From NCBI RefSeq assembly GCF_001194135.2, contig NC_068996.1:25984491-26048490 (forward strand): DNA of 64,000 bases. Direction: 5' to 3'. A model generated the notes under the pieces. It saw only the letters and a list, made by a program, of their open reading frames with translations, was not told the origin of the DNA and made no database searches. Shown piece by piece: positions 36,955 through 49,300 of the stretch. Origin of the DNA: Octopus bimaculoides (taxonomy: Eukaryota). Position numbers and translations under genes: made by a program. Each line of letters starts with the position of its first letter. Position 1 is the stretch's first letter.

Positions 36955-37899
36955 TAAAGAAATTACACATAGTGCTTGTAGTAGGTTTAAGCAGACAACA
37001 CCTTGGCTTGTTACTATGCAAACAGGTATCAATGTATCTGTGGCTTTCAATTGGCTAAAATTACCTCAAATTTACACACACAAAAAAAAAAATTCCTGCT
37101 ACAAACTTTTTATTTATTAAGTTATGGCTCAAATGAATTTCATTTTCATAATTAGCACACAAAACTACATCAGTACACTAAATTTGAAAATAATTGGAAC
37201 AGAACTTTAAAAATTGAAAACTGTGCCAGCAACAGAGACATTATCCTATATAAAATTAATAATTACTATTCATTTCTTAATGAAATAGCAACAGAGACAT
37301 ATATCAGTTTACATTTTAAATATGTACCCATTTACAACAGTAAATATTGTTGCTTTTTCTTTAGTCTAAACTCTACTATTTGCTATTGTGGTGTAATGTT
37401 CATTTATTCCTTCAGATATACATACATACATAAGAGGACATCTATGAACCATTAATAAGGAGTCTGCAAATCCAGTACCCAAATACACTTTCAGCCTCAT
37501 ACACATAATTATTAGAGCAACAAGATACATACCAACCTGTCTGAAGCAAAGTATGAGTTGAATTTGGGATCTTGGGGAGAGAACGCAAATCCTTAATTCA
37601 TACTCTATAAATGATCATGATATCTGGGATTATGAAAATCTGCAGGACCTTAAAATTCAAAGTGTGATAAATAAAAGAGGCTTTCCTTCACAACCTTGCT
37701 ACCAAGTAGGTAGCTGGTTAAAATTTACTCATACATTCATTGTTATTCATTCATTCATTCATTCATTATCAGTCATGGAAATAGTATCAAAAGACTATCT
37801 TTTTATCCAGCTTATCGTGGATCTCTTGTTAGAATATCAAATACTTCATTATTAGCTTTGAGAGAACCTCTCATATAGGCACTTTGTGCATAAAAGCAT

Positions 37900-37931
<32 letters not shown>

Positions 37932-38171
37932 ACACACACATACATACACACACACACACACACAAACACACTCACACACACACACATACACACACACAAA
38001 TACACACACACACACACACACACACAATAACACACACAGAGATTGTAGTAAATGAGAATTATGAGTGCTGGAACTCCCATTTCACATGACCCCAGTCTAT
38101 CTATTGGATGTATGAGAGGTTCTCTCAAGGCAGTATTTGGTGTTCTAACAAGGCATCCATATTAAGCTAGA

Positions 38172-38550
38172 TATTCTTTTGACTGAGGCTTTTGACTGGT
38201 GCACTGCTTTAAAGGGTTTTAGTTGAAGAAATCGACCCCAGGAGTTATTCTTAGTAAGACTAGTACTTATTCTATCGGTCACTTTTGTCGAACTGCTAAG
38301 TTACTGGGACGTAAATACCAACATCGATTGTCAGGCAGTGGCAGGGAACAAACACAGACAAACACACGCATGCACACACATATATATATATATATGACCA
38401 GCTTTCAGTTTCTATCTACTAAATCCACTCACAAGACTTATGTTGGCCTAATGCTATAGTAGAAGACACTTTCCTAAGGTGTTATTCAGTGGGACTGGAC
38501 CCAGAACCATGTGGTTGGAAAGGAAGCTTCTTACCACACAGTCATACCTA
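38172..38550 (-). mobile_element. SINE family A
   Basis: Family head and tail on the reverse strand. Confidence 0.8.
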
Positions 38551-39674
38551 TATAAAGACAATAAAACAATATTATTTTTTCATTTTGCTCAGTATAATGT
38601 AATTCAACAAAAATAACACAATGCTCACTTTACACCCAGAACTTTTCAGTCTTGTTACAGTTTCTTTCACTTTTGTTGGAGAGTATTGAATATTCAGTCT
38701 TCACTAAACTTAGCCAAATGTAAAATAGATGACTATCTAGAAGTACTCCCATAATTCTTTAAGTGTCAAATAACACTCCATCACCACCACATTAATGAAA
38801 ATGTTCTTATTTTTGTTTCATGACAATGAGATGACAAAATGTAGTTTGTATATATTTAGTTCTTCTTTCTTCATCATGGTGGCAAGTTAGAAAAGTTTAA
38901 GAACTTAATTTTATCAAACATGGCAATTTATATGTCTCTTTTGTCAACCCACACAATCCCCTCTTTCATCAATGTGAGGTGCTCTCAATGATTCATGTTG
39001 GATTTTGTCTCTTGTTAATGTAAGCATATGCACCTTTTGTTTAAAAGCCAAACAATCAAGAAATGAATGTCTTCCTTCATATTACATACAATATTTAAAA
39101 AAACAAAACGTAAGTATTTGACATTAAAAGTAAATATATGAGACCATGCCGTACAGTAGCATACAACATAATATAAATACAGAAACGTCTAGAACATGCC
39201 ATTGTACAGATTCTCATATACATGTATATTTTGACCCATGAATGAAAAATATCTGAAAGCGAAAGCTCAATGAACGAATATTCATTGAATTGGCTATGTA
39301 TCCTTGAAAGGAATCAATTTTTAACGTATAATCAATTCATTTCTATGATACGGCAAAAATTTCTATAATTAACCAAAGTCAGTTTATAGACAGCAATTAC
39401 ACAGCTAAATTAGATTATCTTTATTGAATATATTGTGAATTCCTGTAGTCATCGATTATATTATGTTATATATTTATTACTAAAGAATGTTTCTTGGCCT
39501 TATAACAACAACATCTAAAATAATATCCCAAGTGCGTCATCATTCAGGATGTCTAGTGAAACCCATTTAAGTTTCCTCATTAAGTTACAAATATATAGCA
39601 TATATGTAATGAAATATTAATAATAATAATTAAACATATATATGTTTAATATATATGTTTAATAATAATAATTA

Positions 39675-39709
<35 letters not shown>

Positions 39710-39829
39710 TTGTTAATTCATATAAACGGATCTGGTACTCAATAACGTAGAGTTAATTTTAATAATAACTATTAGAACTAGGTTTTTAACAACTTTTCAC
39801 TCTGTTTCATGTTGCCACTTATCATATTG

Positions 39830-40192
39830 AGACCAGCATGACTGTATGGTTGAGAAGTTTGCTTCTTGACCATGTGGTCTGGGATTCAGTCCTGCTGCAT
39901 GGCACCTTGGGCAAGTGTCTTCTATAGCCCTGAACCAACTTAAGCTTTGCGAGTGAATTTGGTGGATGGAAACTGTATAGAAGCCCATTGTAAATATGTG
40001 TGCCTTTGTGTTTGTTTGTGCCCCCATCCCCATTTGACAACTGATGATGGTTTGTTTATGTCTTCATGACTTAATGGTTCAGCAAAAGCCATCATATTTA
40101 AAAGTAAGTAATGGTGGGTTTGATGTGTTTCACTAAACACTACCATTCAAGGTAGTCGTTCAGGATAACCACAGTCAATTGACTGAAATAAG
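39830..40192 (+). mobile_element. SINE family A (diverged)
   Basis: GGCACCTTGGGCAAGTGTCTTCT block and GACTGAAATAAG tail. Confidence 0.8.
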
Positions 40193-40205
40193 CCTGTTAT
40201 ATGTA

Positions 40206-40791
40206 TGAGGTCTTATCAATAAGTATCCGGACTGTTGCCATAGTAACGAAGTTAAAATATGCAGAGTGAACTCTGCTGTGCATGTGCACTAAGTTTTAAT
40301 GTTCTAGCTCACTCCCACTGTTTACAGCAGTGCTTGGAAGGAAGGTGCGTAACGTGATCATGACATTGACTATCACAAAGGAAGTTGTCATGGCAATACT
40401 TGCTCAGAGGCCTACACAAAGTTGCAGAAAGTGTATGGAGAAGAGTGTATGAGCTGTACACATGTGTACGAGTGGTTCAAACATTTCCAAGTTGGCTGAA
40501 AAAATGTTCATAGTGACAAACGTTCTGGAAGACCCATAATCCACAGAAGTGAGAAAAATATCGCAGATGTGCATGTAGCTGTGAGGGGAAATTGTCAAAT
40601 CACCATCCATGAGTTATCAGAGGATGTGCAGATTAGTTATGATTCAATTCAGTCCATTATCACTGAAGAAAATGGGTATGAGACATGTGTCTACCAAGTT
40701 TGTTCCAAAACTGCTTTCAGCTGCCCAAAAAACCATTCAAGTTTCAGTTGTACAAGATCTCCTTGATTGTGTCAAGAATGATGAAAATTTT
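40206..40791 (+). mobile_element. mariner-type transposon, 5' half
   Basis: TA|TGAGGTCTTATCAATAAGTATCCGGACTGTTGCCATAG end; decayed HTH region (RSGRP-like, ITIHELSEDVQISYDSIQSII, MRHVSTKFVPKLLS). Joined to an RTE fragment at KNDENF. Confidence 0.8.
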
Positions 40792-41425
40792 GGTTGCCAA
40801 CAGAGGTAAAAGCTCTCTGAATTTTCTCCATCCTATTCTTATTCTAGCTATTATGCTCTCTGTGCATCCTCCCTCACTAGTTTGGTCCCTCGGGTAGCAG
40901 ATATTATCCACTACCTCTAATGATCCTCTAGGGCATTTGAGAAAATCAATTTCCTGAGTATCTGTAGTTTTTATGGATCCTTTGCATCTTCTACATACAA
41001 TCATTACTTCCTCTGATAATTTTCCTTTTATTCCACTGCACTTCTTGTGTGTCCATAGCTTTCATTGGGGACACTGTATGGAATTTCTCAGAATTCAAGC
41101 AGAGCCATTTACCTGAAGTGGGTAGGGTCCTGTCTGTTTTCTTGTTACTAAGACCTTAGTCTTTGCTAGGTTGACCTTAAGGCCCTTAGATTCCAGGTTT
41201 TTGCTTCTACACCAGAATTTCTTTACTAGCTCTAATATAGAATCTGTTATGAGGGCAAGATCATCAGCATATAGTAAATCCCAGGGGGCTGCCAATCCTC
41301 TGTTATGGTCTGGAGAACAATGATAAGGAGGGGATTGGGGACTGAGCCTTGATGAATGCCTACAGGTTCATCAAATTCTTCACTGTACTCATGGTTAACT
41401 CTCACCTTACTGACAGCGTCTTTGT
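40791..41425 (-). mobile_element. RTE LINE fragment (RT domains 5-7 and downstream)
   Basis: Reverse-strand GIHQGSVPNPLLIIVL, WDLLYADDLALI, KGLKVNLAKTKVLV and GGCTESIIARIRIGWRKFRELLPLLATK. Confidence 0.9.
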
Positions 41426-41429
41426 ATGT

Positions 41430-41790
41430 GGTCTCACCCAGCACACTGTAAAGTGGTTGGCATTAGGAAGGGCATCCAGCCATAGAAACCATGCCACAAA
41501 AGACAGTTGGAAGTTGGACAGCTCCATATCAAACTGTCCAACCAATGCCAGCATGGAGAGTGGATGTTAAATGATGATGATGATAATGGTATATCATGTC
41601 ATCATCATCATCCATTTTTCATGATGGCATGGGTTGGACGGTGCAACATGAAGCTGTCCAGACTCCATTTGTCTGTTGTGGCATGGTTTCTACGGCTGGT
41701 TGCCCTTCCTAATGCCAACCATTTTACAGGATGCTTTTTATGAGCTATCAGGTGCTTTTTACTTGCCATCTGGGTGCTTTTTATGTGGGC
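41430..41790. mobile_element. Two family R tails in tail-to-tail inverted orientation (41430-41585 +, 41597-41790 -)
   Basis: GGAAGGGCATCCAGCC...(GAT)n followed by (CAT)n...GCCCTTCCTAATGCCAACC. Confidence 0.75.
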
Positions 41791-41926
41791 TTATATAGTT
41801 GTTGATAATCCACAGACCTTCAGCCAATGACTAGTTTGTTAAATGCCAACACGAAACTCTCAGAGCATTCTGTTACTTTTGCTAAATATTAATAAATATT
41901 AATAAATATAAATGTATAAATGTTGT

Positions 41927-41972
41927 CCTGTACTGACGAAGGAAAATTACCTAGAAACCATTGGTCTATTGG
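41927..41972 (+). ncRNA. Minimal type I hammerhead ribozyme motif (copy 1)
   Basis: CCUGUA-CUGACGA-AGG[AAAAUUA]CCU-A-GAAA-CCAUUGG-UC^-UAUUGG. Core boxes intact, GUC site at 41964-41966, stem I pairs 5 of 6 (one G-U). Confidence 0.7.
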
Positions 41973-42278
41973 CATCACTATGGCTAGAATGAGAACAGTA
42001 AACTCCCTTGCTCACAGTATATGGACACAGATCATGTGTCAGTAGACAGCTGGAAAAGATGTTTTCCTGGGGCCAAAAAGTAGTAACATTGTCCTACGTA
42101 GGACTGCCATGTTGTGCTGGCAAATAGACTTTACTGTACAATACTGTTACTACATATTTCTCACTCAGAGATTTAAAACTAGTTGTTTTTCACTTTACAA
42201 GATCAACAACAGTGTGTCACTTTAAAAGTATACACTGTGAGCAAGAGCTAGTGGCTGCTATTACTAGCTGGCAGTTGT

Positions 42279-42324
42279 CCTGTTCTGACAAAGGGAAATT
42301 ATCCAGAAACCATTGGTCTACAGG
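42279..42324 (+). ncRNA. Minimal type I hammerhead ribozyme motif (copy 2, G8 mutated)
   Basis: CCUGUU-CUGACAA-A-GGG[AAAUUA]UCC-A-GAAA-CCAUUGG-UC^-UACAGG. CUGACGA to CUGACAA is a CpG-type change. The 3' arm UACAGG perfectly complements the 5' arm of copy 1. Confidence 0.6.
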
Positions 42325-42533
42325 TATCACTATGGCTAGAAAGGGAGCAGTAAACTCTCTTGTTCATTGTATATGGACACAGAGATCATGTATTGGTAGC
42401 CAGCTGGAAAAGATGCTTTTCCTAGGGCTAAAAAGTAGTAACATCATCCTATGTAGGACTGCCATGTGTTGGCAAATAGACTTTACCGTATACTCATATT
42501 CTGAGTTCTATTTTTCCTCTTTGCATCAACATA

Positions 42534-42576
<43 letters not shown>

Positions 42577-42946
42577 NNNNNNNNNNNNNNNNNNNNNNNN
42601 NNNNNNNNNNNNNNNNNNNNNNNNNNNNNNNNNNNNNNNNNNNNNNNNNNNNNNNNNNNNNNNNNNNNNNNNNNNNNNNNNNNNNNNNNNNNNNNNNNNN
42701 NNNNNNNNNNNNNNNNNNNNNNNNNNNNNNNNNNNNNNNNNNNNNNNNNNNNNNNNNNNNNNNNNNNNNNNNNNNNNNNNNNNNNNNNNNNNNNNNNNNN
42801 NNNNNNNNNNNNNNNNNNNACAAAAAATACTGGATAATTCTATACCTCGAGATTTCACGCTCTGCAAAAAATTGCTTTGTGATCTCCAGTAAAATAAACC
42901 ATTAATATAAAAACAAGAAATATACATACTCACTGGTAAATTCACC

Positions 42947-42984
<38 letters not shown>

Positions 42985-42988
<4 letters not shown>

Positions 42989-43796
42989 GTCTGATCAGTA
43001 AGTATCTGAACTGTTGCCATAGTAATGAAGCTAAATTATGCAGAGTGAAGCTGCTTGGCACAGATTGAACTTGAACTCTGCTGTGCATGTGCATGTGCAC
43101 TAGCTCACTTCCGCTGTTCACAGCAGTGCTTGGAAGGAATATGTGTGGCATGCAATCATTGCATTGATCATTACAGAGAAAGTTTTCATGGTGATACCTG
43201 CTCAAAGGCCTATGCAAAGTTGCAGAAAGTGTATCGAGAAGATGTACAAGCCACACTCAAGTGTTCGAGTGATCCAAATGTTTTCAAGATGGATGAGAAA
43301 ATCTCGAATTGACGAATGTTCTGGGAGATCCTCAATCACCAGAAGTGAGAAAAACATTACAGATGTGTATGAAACTGTGAAGGAAAATCATTGAATCCCC
43401 ATCCAAGAGTTATCAGAGTATGTGCAAGTTATTTATGGTTCAGTTCAGTCCATTATCACTGAAGATCTGAGTATGAAACACATGTCTGCCAAGTTTGTAC
43501 CAAAACTGCTTTCAGCTGACCAAAAACATACTTGGGTCTCCGTTGCGCAAGATCTCTTTGATTGTGTCAAGAACGATGAAAGCTTTTTGAAAACTTTGCA
43601 TAAGCCTCTGAGCAGGTATCACCAAGCTTTTGGCAAAATTTGATGTAGATTATCTGCTCAGCTTTCTGTCATGATCAATGCAACAATAACATGCTACACA
43701 CCTCCCTTCCAAGCACTGCTGTAAACAGCAGAAGTGAGCTAGAATGTTAAAACTTAGTGCACATGCACAACAGAGTTCAAGATCAATCTATGCCAA
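42985..43796 (+). mobile_element. Non-autonomous mariner derivative with the 3' half replaced by an inverted copy of the 5' region
   Basis: Same family as 40206-40791, inserted in (TA)n. 43592-43796 is the reverse complement of 43055-43221 plus segments missing from the left arm. No catalytic domain. Confidence 0.85.
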
Positions 43797-43946
43797 ATGT
43801 ATTATTTGTTCTTTTCTTATGGGCAGAATCAGCATAATGGAAGTTATTGTTTGTTTGGAAGTGAAAGGGGGAAGGTACAATTTGCATGAGTTTGCATGAA
43901 AGTGCTTTCTGTTCTTAAGAAGGCTCACAAACTATGTATTGTTTCA

Positions 43947-44650
43947 TTGTATAAAAGGGGGTTAATATGATTTTGCCCAGAAATCATGTTTTGAAAATTT
44001 TTATTTCCCCCGATCCCCACTGCAATTTCTTAACTTGTAACTTTTGNNNNNNNNNNNNNNNNNNNNNNNNNNNNNNNNNNNNNNNNNNNNNNNNNNNNNN
44101 NNNNNNNNNNNNNTTTTTTTTATCCATGTAGGAAAATACAGAAATTGCGAATCTGGGAAATATATTTTTATTTTAAAATTTAATTTTTCTCAAAGAAACA
44201 CTCAATGCCCCTTCCAACACCTTGCCCACCATCCCCTACCAGCTTTCAGAAAGCTAAAACCTTCTAATGTTTCACTTTCATTGATGTTTCACACAGCAGA
44301 CGTAAAAAATACTAGACCACCAGAAAACCCAACATGCTAGAAACAACAGGTAAACGACATTATTTCTGAAGAAACGTCCCCACTTTCCAAAAAGCTAAAA
44401 GTGAAACATTGGGAGTTTGTAGCTTCTTGAGTGTGGTGAGATGATGGGTGGATATTTGGGGAGGAGATTTTAATGTTTCTTAAAGAAAAAAAGAAATGAG
44501 AATTCTTAAAGATTCGTTTTTTTCTCTGTGGATTACCAAGAAAAAGATTTGGAAAAAGTTTTAAAAAATGAAGAAATTGGGGTGGGGAGGGAGAAAATTA
44601 AAATATTAAGAATGTGTTTTGGGGCAAAATCTTAATCTCCTGTATCAAAA
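43947..44650. repeat. Diverged palindromic (foldback/MITE-like) element containing a gap
   Basis: 43950-44035 pairs with about 44565-44650, and about 44215-44285 pairs with about 44398-44465. Confidence 0.55.
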
Positions 44651-44919
44651 ACGTAGGTATCAGAATAAATTTAGGAAAAAAAATAAGGTTGAGGGTTGGG
44701 GTGCACAGATGTCACTTTGGACGTGCTAGAAACAACAGGTAAAGGACAGGATTTCTGGGGAAACTTCCTTCTAAGTTTATATCGAAGATCAGGTTTTGAA
44801 ATATGTTCATCACAAACATGAATTACAGAATGGAAGAGGGTAATTTCAATTGGATTTGAGCTGTAATTTTGCACATGTATACAGCAAGAAATTACATAAT
44901 TTGTACATAAGTTTTATCT

Positions 44920-44973
<54 letters not shown>

Positions 44974-45789
44974 NNNNNNNNNNTGAATGAGAAGAGAAAG
45001 TGAAAAGGCGACATTTGCTTTGAAGTGAGAGTAGAAAGTGAAACAGAAGAAGGTGAAAGATGTATGTACATGTGTATGAAATGGATGTGTGTGTGCATGA
45101 GAGAGATAGAGAGAGAGACTGAGTGAATGTGTGTGTTTTCATGTATGTATTTTTTGCATGTATGTGTAAATGACACTCAGTCGAGCTCTCTCTCTCTCAC
45201 ACACACATGCATGCACACACACATTATCTTATACACATACATAACTACATATGCACATACATCCTTTTTCTATGTATGTGCATGAGAGCGAGGGGGAGGG
45301 AGAGAGTGAGAAAGAGTGAGTGACTGCATTTCCTCATAACATATAGAGAAATAGATATCTTTAATGAGTGACTAATTCGGAGAAGCATTACTTTCATTAT
45401 TCACGCATCATCACTCTTGTAATGCAACGCTTTTTAATTTTGGTTCAAATTGAAAGTGTGAAACTATTTTCATTTTCTAATGAAACCTGGTCATTGTAGA
45501 GCAGTGTCTTTCAAATAACTATAGCTGGTTGTTGAGATAATGTAGAAAATATGTAAATGAAAATAAAGTTTATTTGGTAGCCAAAAGATTAGTGAATCTT
45601 TTGATACCCCAATTGTCAAAATTGGCAACTCAGTTTTCGAATGTATAAGGAACATTCATGTGTGCACACACAGACATTCAAACAGACACACACACACAAA
45701 CTCTCTTTTATATATATAGATATATCACGATGTATCCGAGAGTTTCTGCAATATGTATTTTAAAACGAAAACTATGTATGTATTATGAG

Positions 45790-47505
45790 TGTAGGACGAA
45801 AGCCCCTCGAACAGAAGCCCCATAGTTAAAGTGAAAAAGTGGACAAAAGCTCCATGGTCATATTTTCCAATTATTTTTGTTTTTTTTCACCTTTTACTTG
45901 TCACAGTTATTAGACTATGGCCATGCTGGGGCACCATCTTGAAGAAATTTTAGTTGAATGTATCAACACTAGAATTTTTTTATTTTTACTTGTTGCAGTT
46001 ATTAGACTGCAGCCATGCTGGGAGACCACACTGAAGAATTTTTAGTCCAATTAATGACCCCAGAATTCTTTTAAATGATTTTCAACCAGCGCATGAAATT
46101 AAGCTTAGAAGGTATCTCCACATGCTAGAAATAACAACAAAAATCTCTTGAAATTTTTTTATAACTCCCTTCGGTTTTTTTTATTTTCTGAAAATCTTTT
46201 TACTTGTTTCAGTCATTGGACTGCAGCCATGTTGGGGCACCAGCTTGAAGAATTTTTGTTCGCAGAAAAATCATCATTTTAAAATATATATTTAAAGTCT
46301 TTTGTTTTCTTCTCTCAGCTCTTACTGATTAATGAGAATAATTTGACCTTTTGAACTTTCTCCGGCCGTTGAAGGTCTAACAGAAGGCTAGTCATTCAAA
46401 TGTACTTTTTATTGTTTGCCTAAATAGGGAAATGAGTGTTTCTCCATAAAAATGACAAATTCTGGTTTTTGTGAAGAAAAAAAACGTTAGAAATATGTGT
46501 AATATTTACTTTCATTTTATGTGTGCATATATAGGCTATTCAAATGTACTTATTTATCATTTTTGTTTCTACACATTTCTTGAAGTAAGCGTTTTTCCTT
46601 TTGTTAGAATTCAGACAATATGTACATTGAGTAGTAAAGAGTCTTCTGTTCTGTTATTCTATTATTGATGGTAAGGTTGATTTATTTTCATTTTCAAACT
46701 TCAAAATTATTCTAGAAACGAGGAAAATAATTGAAGCACACGGAAATTACCATTGTGAGGGACATAGATGTTTTGACACCGGTTTTTGATTGAATATATT
46801 TTTACTTAAAAATTGGAATCTTGGAAAATAATTTTTTTTTTTACAACCACTATTTCCATTGTTGTTTACATGAAATTATTTTTAAAAAAAATTTGTAAAA
46901 TTTAGATGTTATTTCTAGCATGCGGAGAGACCTTCTAGGCTTAACTTCATGTGCTCGTTGAAAATCACCTAAAAAAGATTCTGGAATCAATACATTCGAC
47001 TAAAAATCCCTCAAAGCGGTGCTCCAGCATGGCTGCAGCCCAATGACTGAAACAAGTAAAACGATTTTTAGAAAATATAAAAAAAAAGGATAACCAAAAA
47101 AATATAACAAAAAAATTTCGAGAGATTTGGCAGTTATTTCTAGCATATCGAGAGACCTAGGTTTAACTTCATGCACTGGTTGAAAATCATCTTAAAAAAT
47201 TCTGGGGTCAATACAATCGACAAAAAATTCCTCAAGATGGTGCCCCGACTGCAACAAGTAAAAAGAAAAGCAAAAATGAATTATATCACAGAAGTGGTTT
47301 TGATCAAGCTTAAAAAAAATTCTGGGTTCCATACAGCCATCTAAAAATTCTTCAAGGTGGTGCTTCAGCATGGCCGGCCGCAACAAGTAAAAAAAAAAAA
47401 ATTCTGGGGTCGATACATTCAACTAAAAATTCTAAAAACGAAAAAAAATAACCGAAAAACATAACCGTAGGGATTTTGTCCTAGGGAGCTTTTGATTGGA
47501 CCCCC
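45790..47505. mobile_element. Large inverted-repeat element whose arms are built from SINE-A tail modules
   Basis: Three reverse-strand tail modules at 45890-46260 and about four forward modules at 46975-47435, interleaved with a shared GTTATTTCTAGCATG...GTTGAAAATCA module. GGACAAAAGCTCC-like motifs at the ends face inward. Confidence 0.65.
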
Positions 47506-47639
47506 TGTAGAATATATTTAAATATATTTTAAACTTATTTCTTCTTAGAAATATGAACGGCACCACAGTTTTGGGTGATAGTATAAAAGAAATTATTTAA
47601 TTATTTAACCAGAGAACATAAATGAGTGATTTCGTAGCA

Positions 47640-49300
47640 ATACAGTATTCTCAAATTAGAATCATTGAATCTCAACTTCAGTCATTTTTAACAGTTACGT
47701 CATTCATCCGTTTTACATCACTTTGAAACAAAAATGGCGCCTGCCAGTGAAAGAGCTTTTTGAATATTTTCACCGCTTTATATACATACAATACATTACT
47801 GATATATATTAACGTGTGTATATTTTATATTTTTATACATATTGTATGGCAACACTATTATACAGAGGACATTTTGAAATCGGTGAAAAATTATCAGCAA
47901 AGTTCTTCAACGTTTCTGTATACAACTTAACAGGGTTCAAATTACCTCATCCAGGATATGTTGTGTATAAATTAATAGACCCTTCCATTTCTCAAGTTAT
48001 TAAAGAAAAAAAAGTTCTTTAATTTTTGTTTTAAATGTAGTGAAAGATACTATGTTTCAAAGAAAGATAACAAAAAACTAAACAAAAGATAAAAGAAAAC
48101 TAAGAACCTTGCAATTTTTTATTGTTTTGTCATGTAAGAAGTTGACTTCAACACATATATTTGAGCCATTAACAGTATCTCCATCAATTTGAATCGGTAA
48201 GCGGGTATTTTCTCGTTATTGAGATGTTTCTTTTTCATCTTTAGAACAGAATCATTAGCTGGGGACGCCCAAGTTTTATATTTTCCATCTTGTTTTATTA
48301 CGAAACTCAAAAGAGTTTCTTTCGACCAAGGCAACAGAAAATGTTACCACGATGCTAATCCCAGTCTCGCCTTTCATGTTATCTTCGTAGAAACGTTTCT
48401 GGATTCATTTACAGCATTTTTGTGAGTATCGGTAAACAAGTGAATATATGTTTTTATATATACATATGAAGTAACGTTTTCTGTTATAAAAATCAATATA
48501 ATTTTATTCCATATTTTCCCCTTGTTTATTAACCTTCGTATATCATCCAACAACTTAAGGTCTTTTATTGTTGATACATCTCACAGGCAATGAAAATATT
48601 TTCATTTTTACCCTTCCGACAACACAGTGCAGCTTACGTAATAGAGTAAAGCGAAGAAATAAAACCATGATATAAAAATAATAAAAATCAATTAACTGTA
48701 ATGAACGGTAAACAAAGAACCAGAAAGCAAAGTTGAGTTATTAAAACGGTTTAAGGTCAAATGTCAGATGAACCTTTGTTACGTCACTTCAACGGTGGAG
48801 GCGTTTTTTATTCGTATTTCACCGTTTCTATACGATAAACCGTTAACTCTTTTAAGTCTTCAAATTATATGATATTTGGATTCATCAGAGAAATACAACT
48901 GCAATATCGTGAACAACAACAATTAAATATACACTTTTTGAATTATTTTTTTAATGTGGTTTCATTTGAAAGACCAGAGAGATAAAAAAGGGAGAAAATA
49001 TTTTGAGGTCTTTGCATATATTTCTTTACTAATTTATTCGGTAAGTTTATTCCAGTGTTTTATTCTTCGAGCGATTTCTAGAATCAGTCATTCATACGTT
49101 AGAAACTTCGGGATTTTTTTTTTAATATTAGTCTGCTGGTTAATTTGTCTTAAGTATTTTTGCACTGTCGCCTAGTCGAAAACAAGGTTTTTGGATTCGC
49201 ATGCGCTACCTTCTTAACGATAACGTCTGTTAATTAATTCCTATGTCCGACTTTAATTGCAATTAGATTTCGTGCTGTGTAAAGTATGACGAATATGAAT
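47640..49300. promoter_or_regulatory. CpG-retaining, repeat-poor segment; possible promoter / first-exon region
   Basis: Visibly many more CG dinucleotides than the surrounding DNA. AAAATGGCG (YY1-like) at about 47732, TTACGTAA at about 48634, TTACGTCA at about 48779, and a donor-like GTGAGTAT at about 48422. No transcript evidence. Confidence 0.3.

Larger units (their letters stand above)
41922..42492 (+). mobile_element. A-B-A' direct-repeat unit with a hammerhead motif at the start of each A (retrozyme / Penelope pseudo-LTR-like)
   Basis: 41922-42140 and 42274-42492 are clear ~220-bp diverged direct repeats with period 352 bp. Confidence 0.7.

Noticed and set aside
48119-48425. Protein-coding exon (ORFs on both strands)
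   Set aside because: Short frames with no recognisable motif or consistent acceptor; kept only as part of the CpG-island observation.
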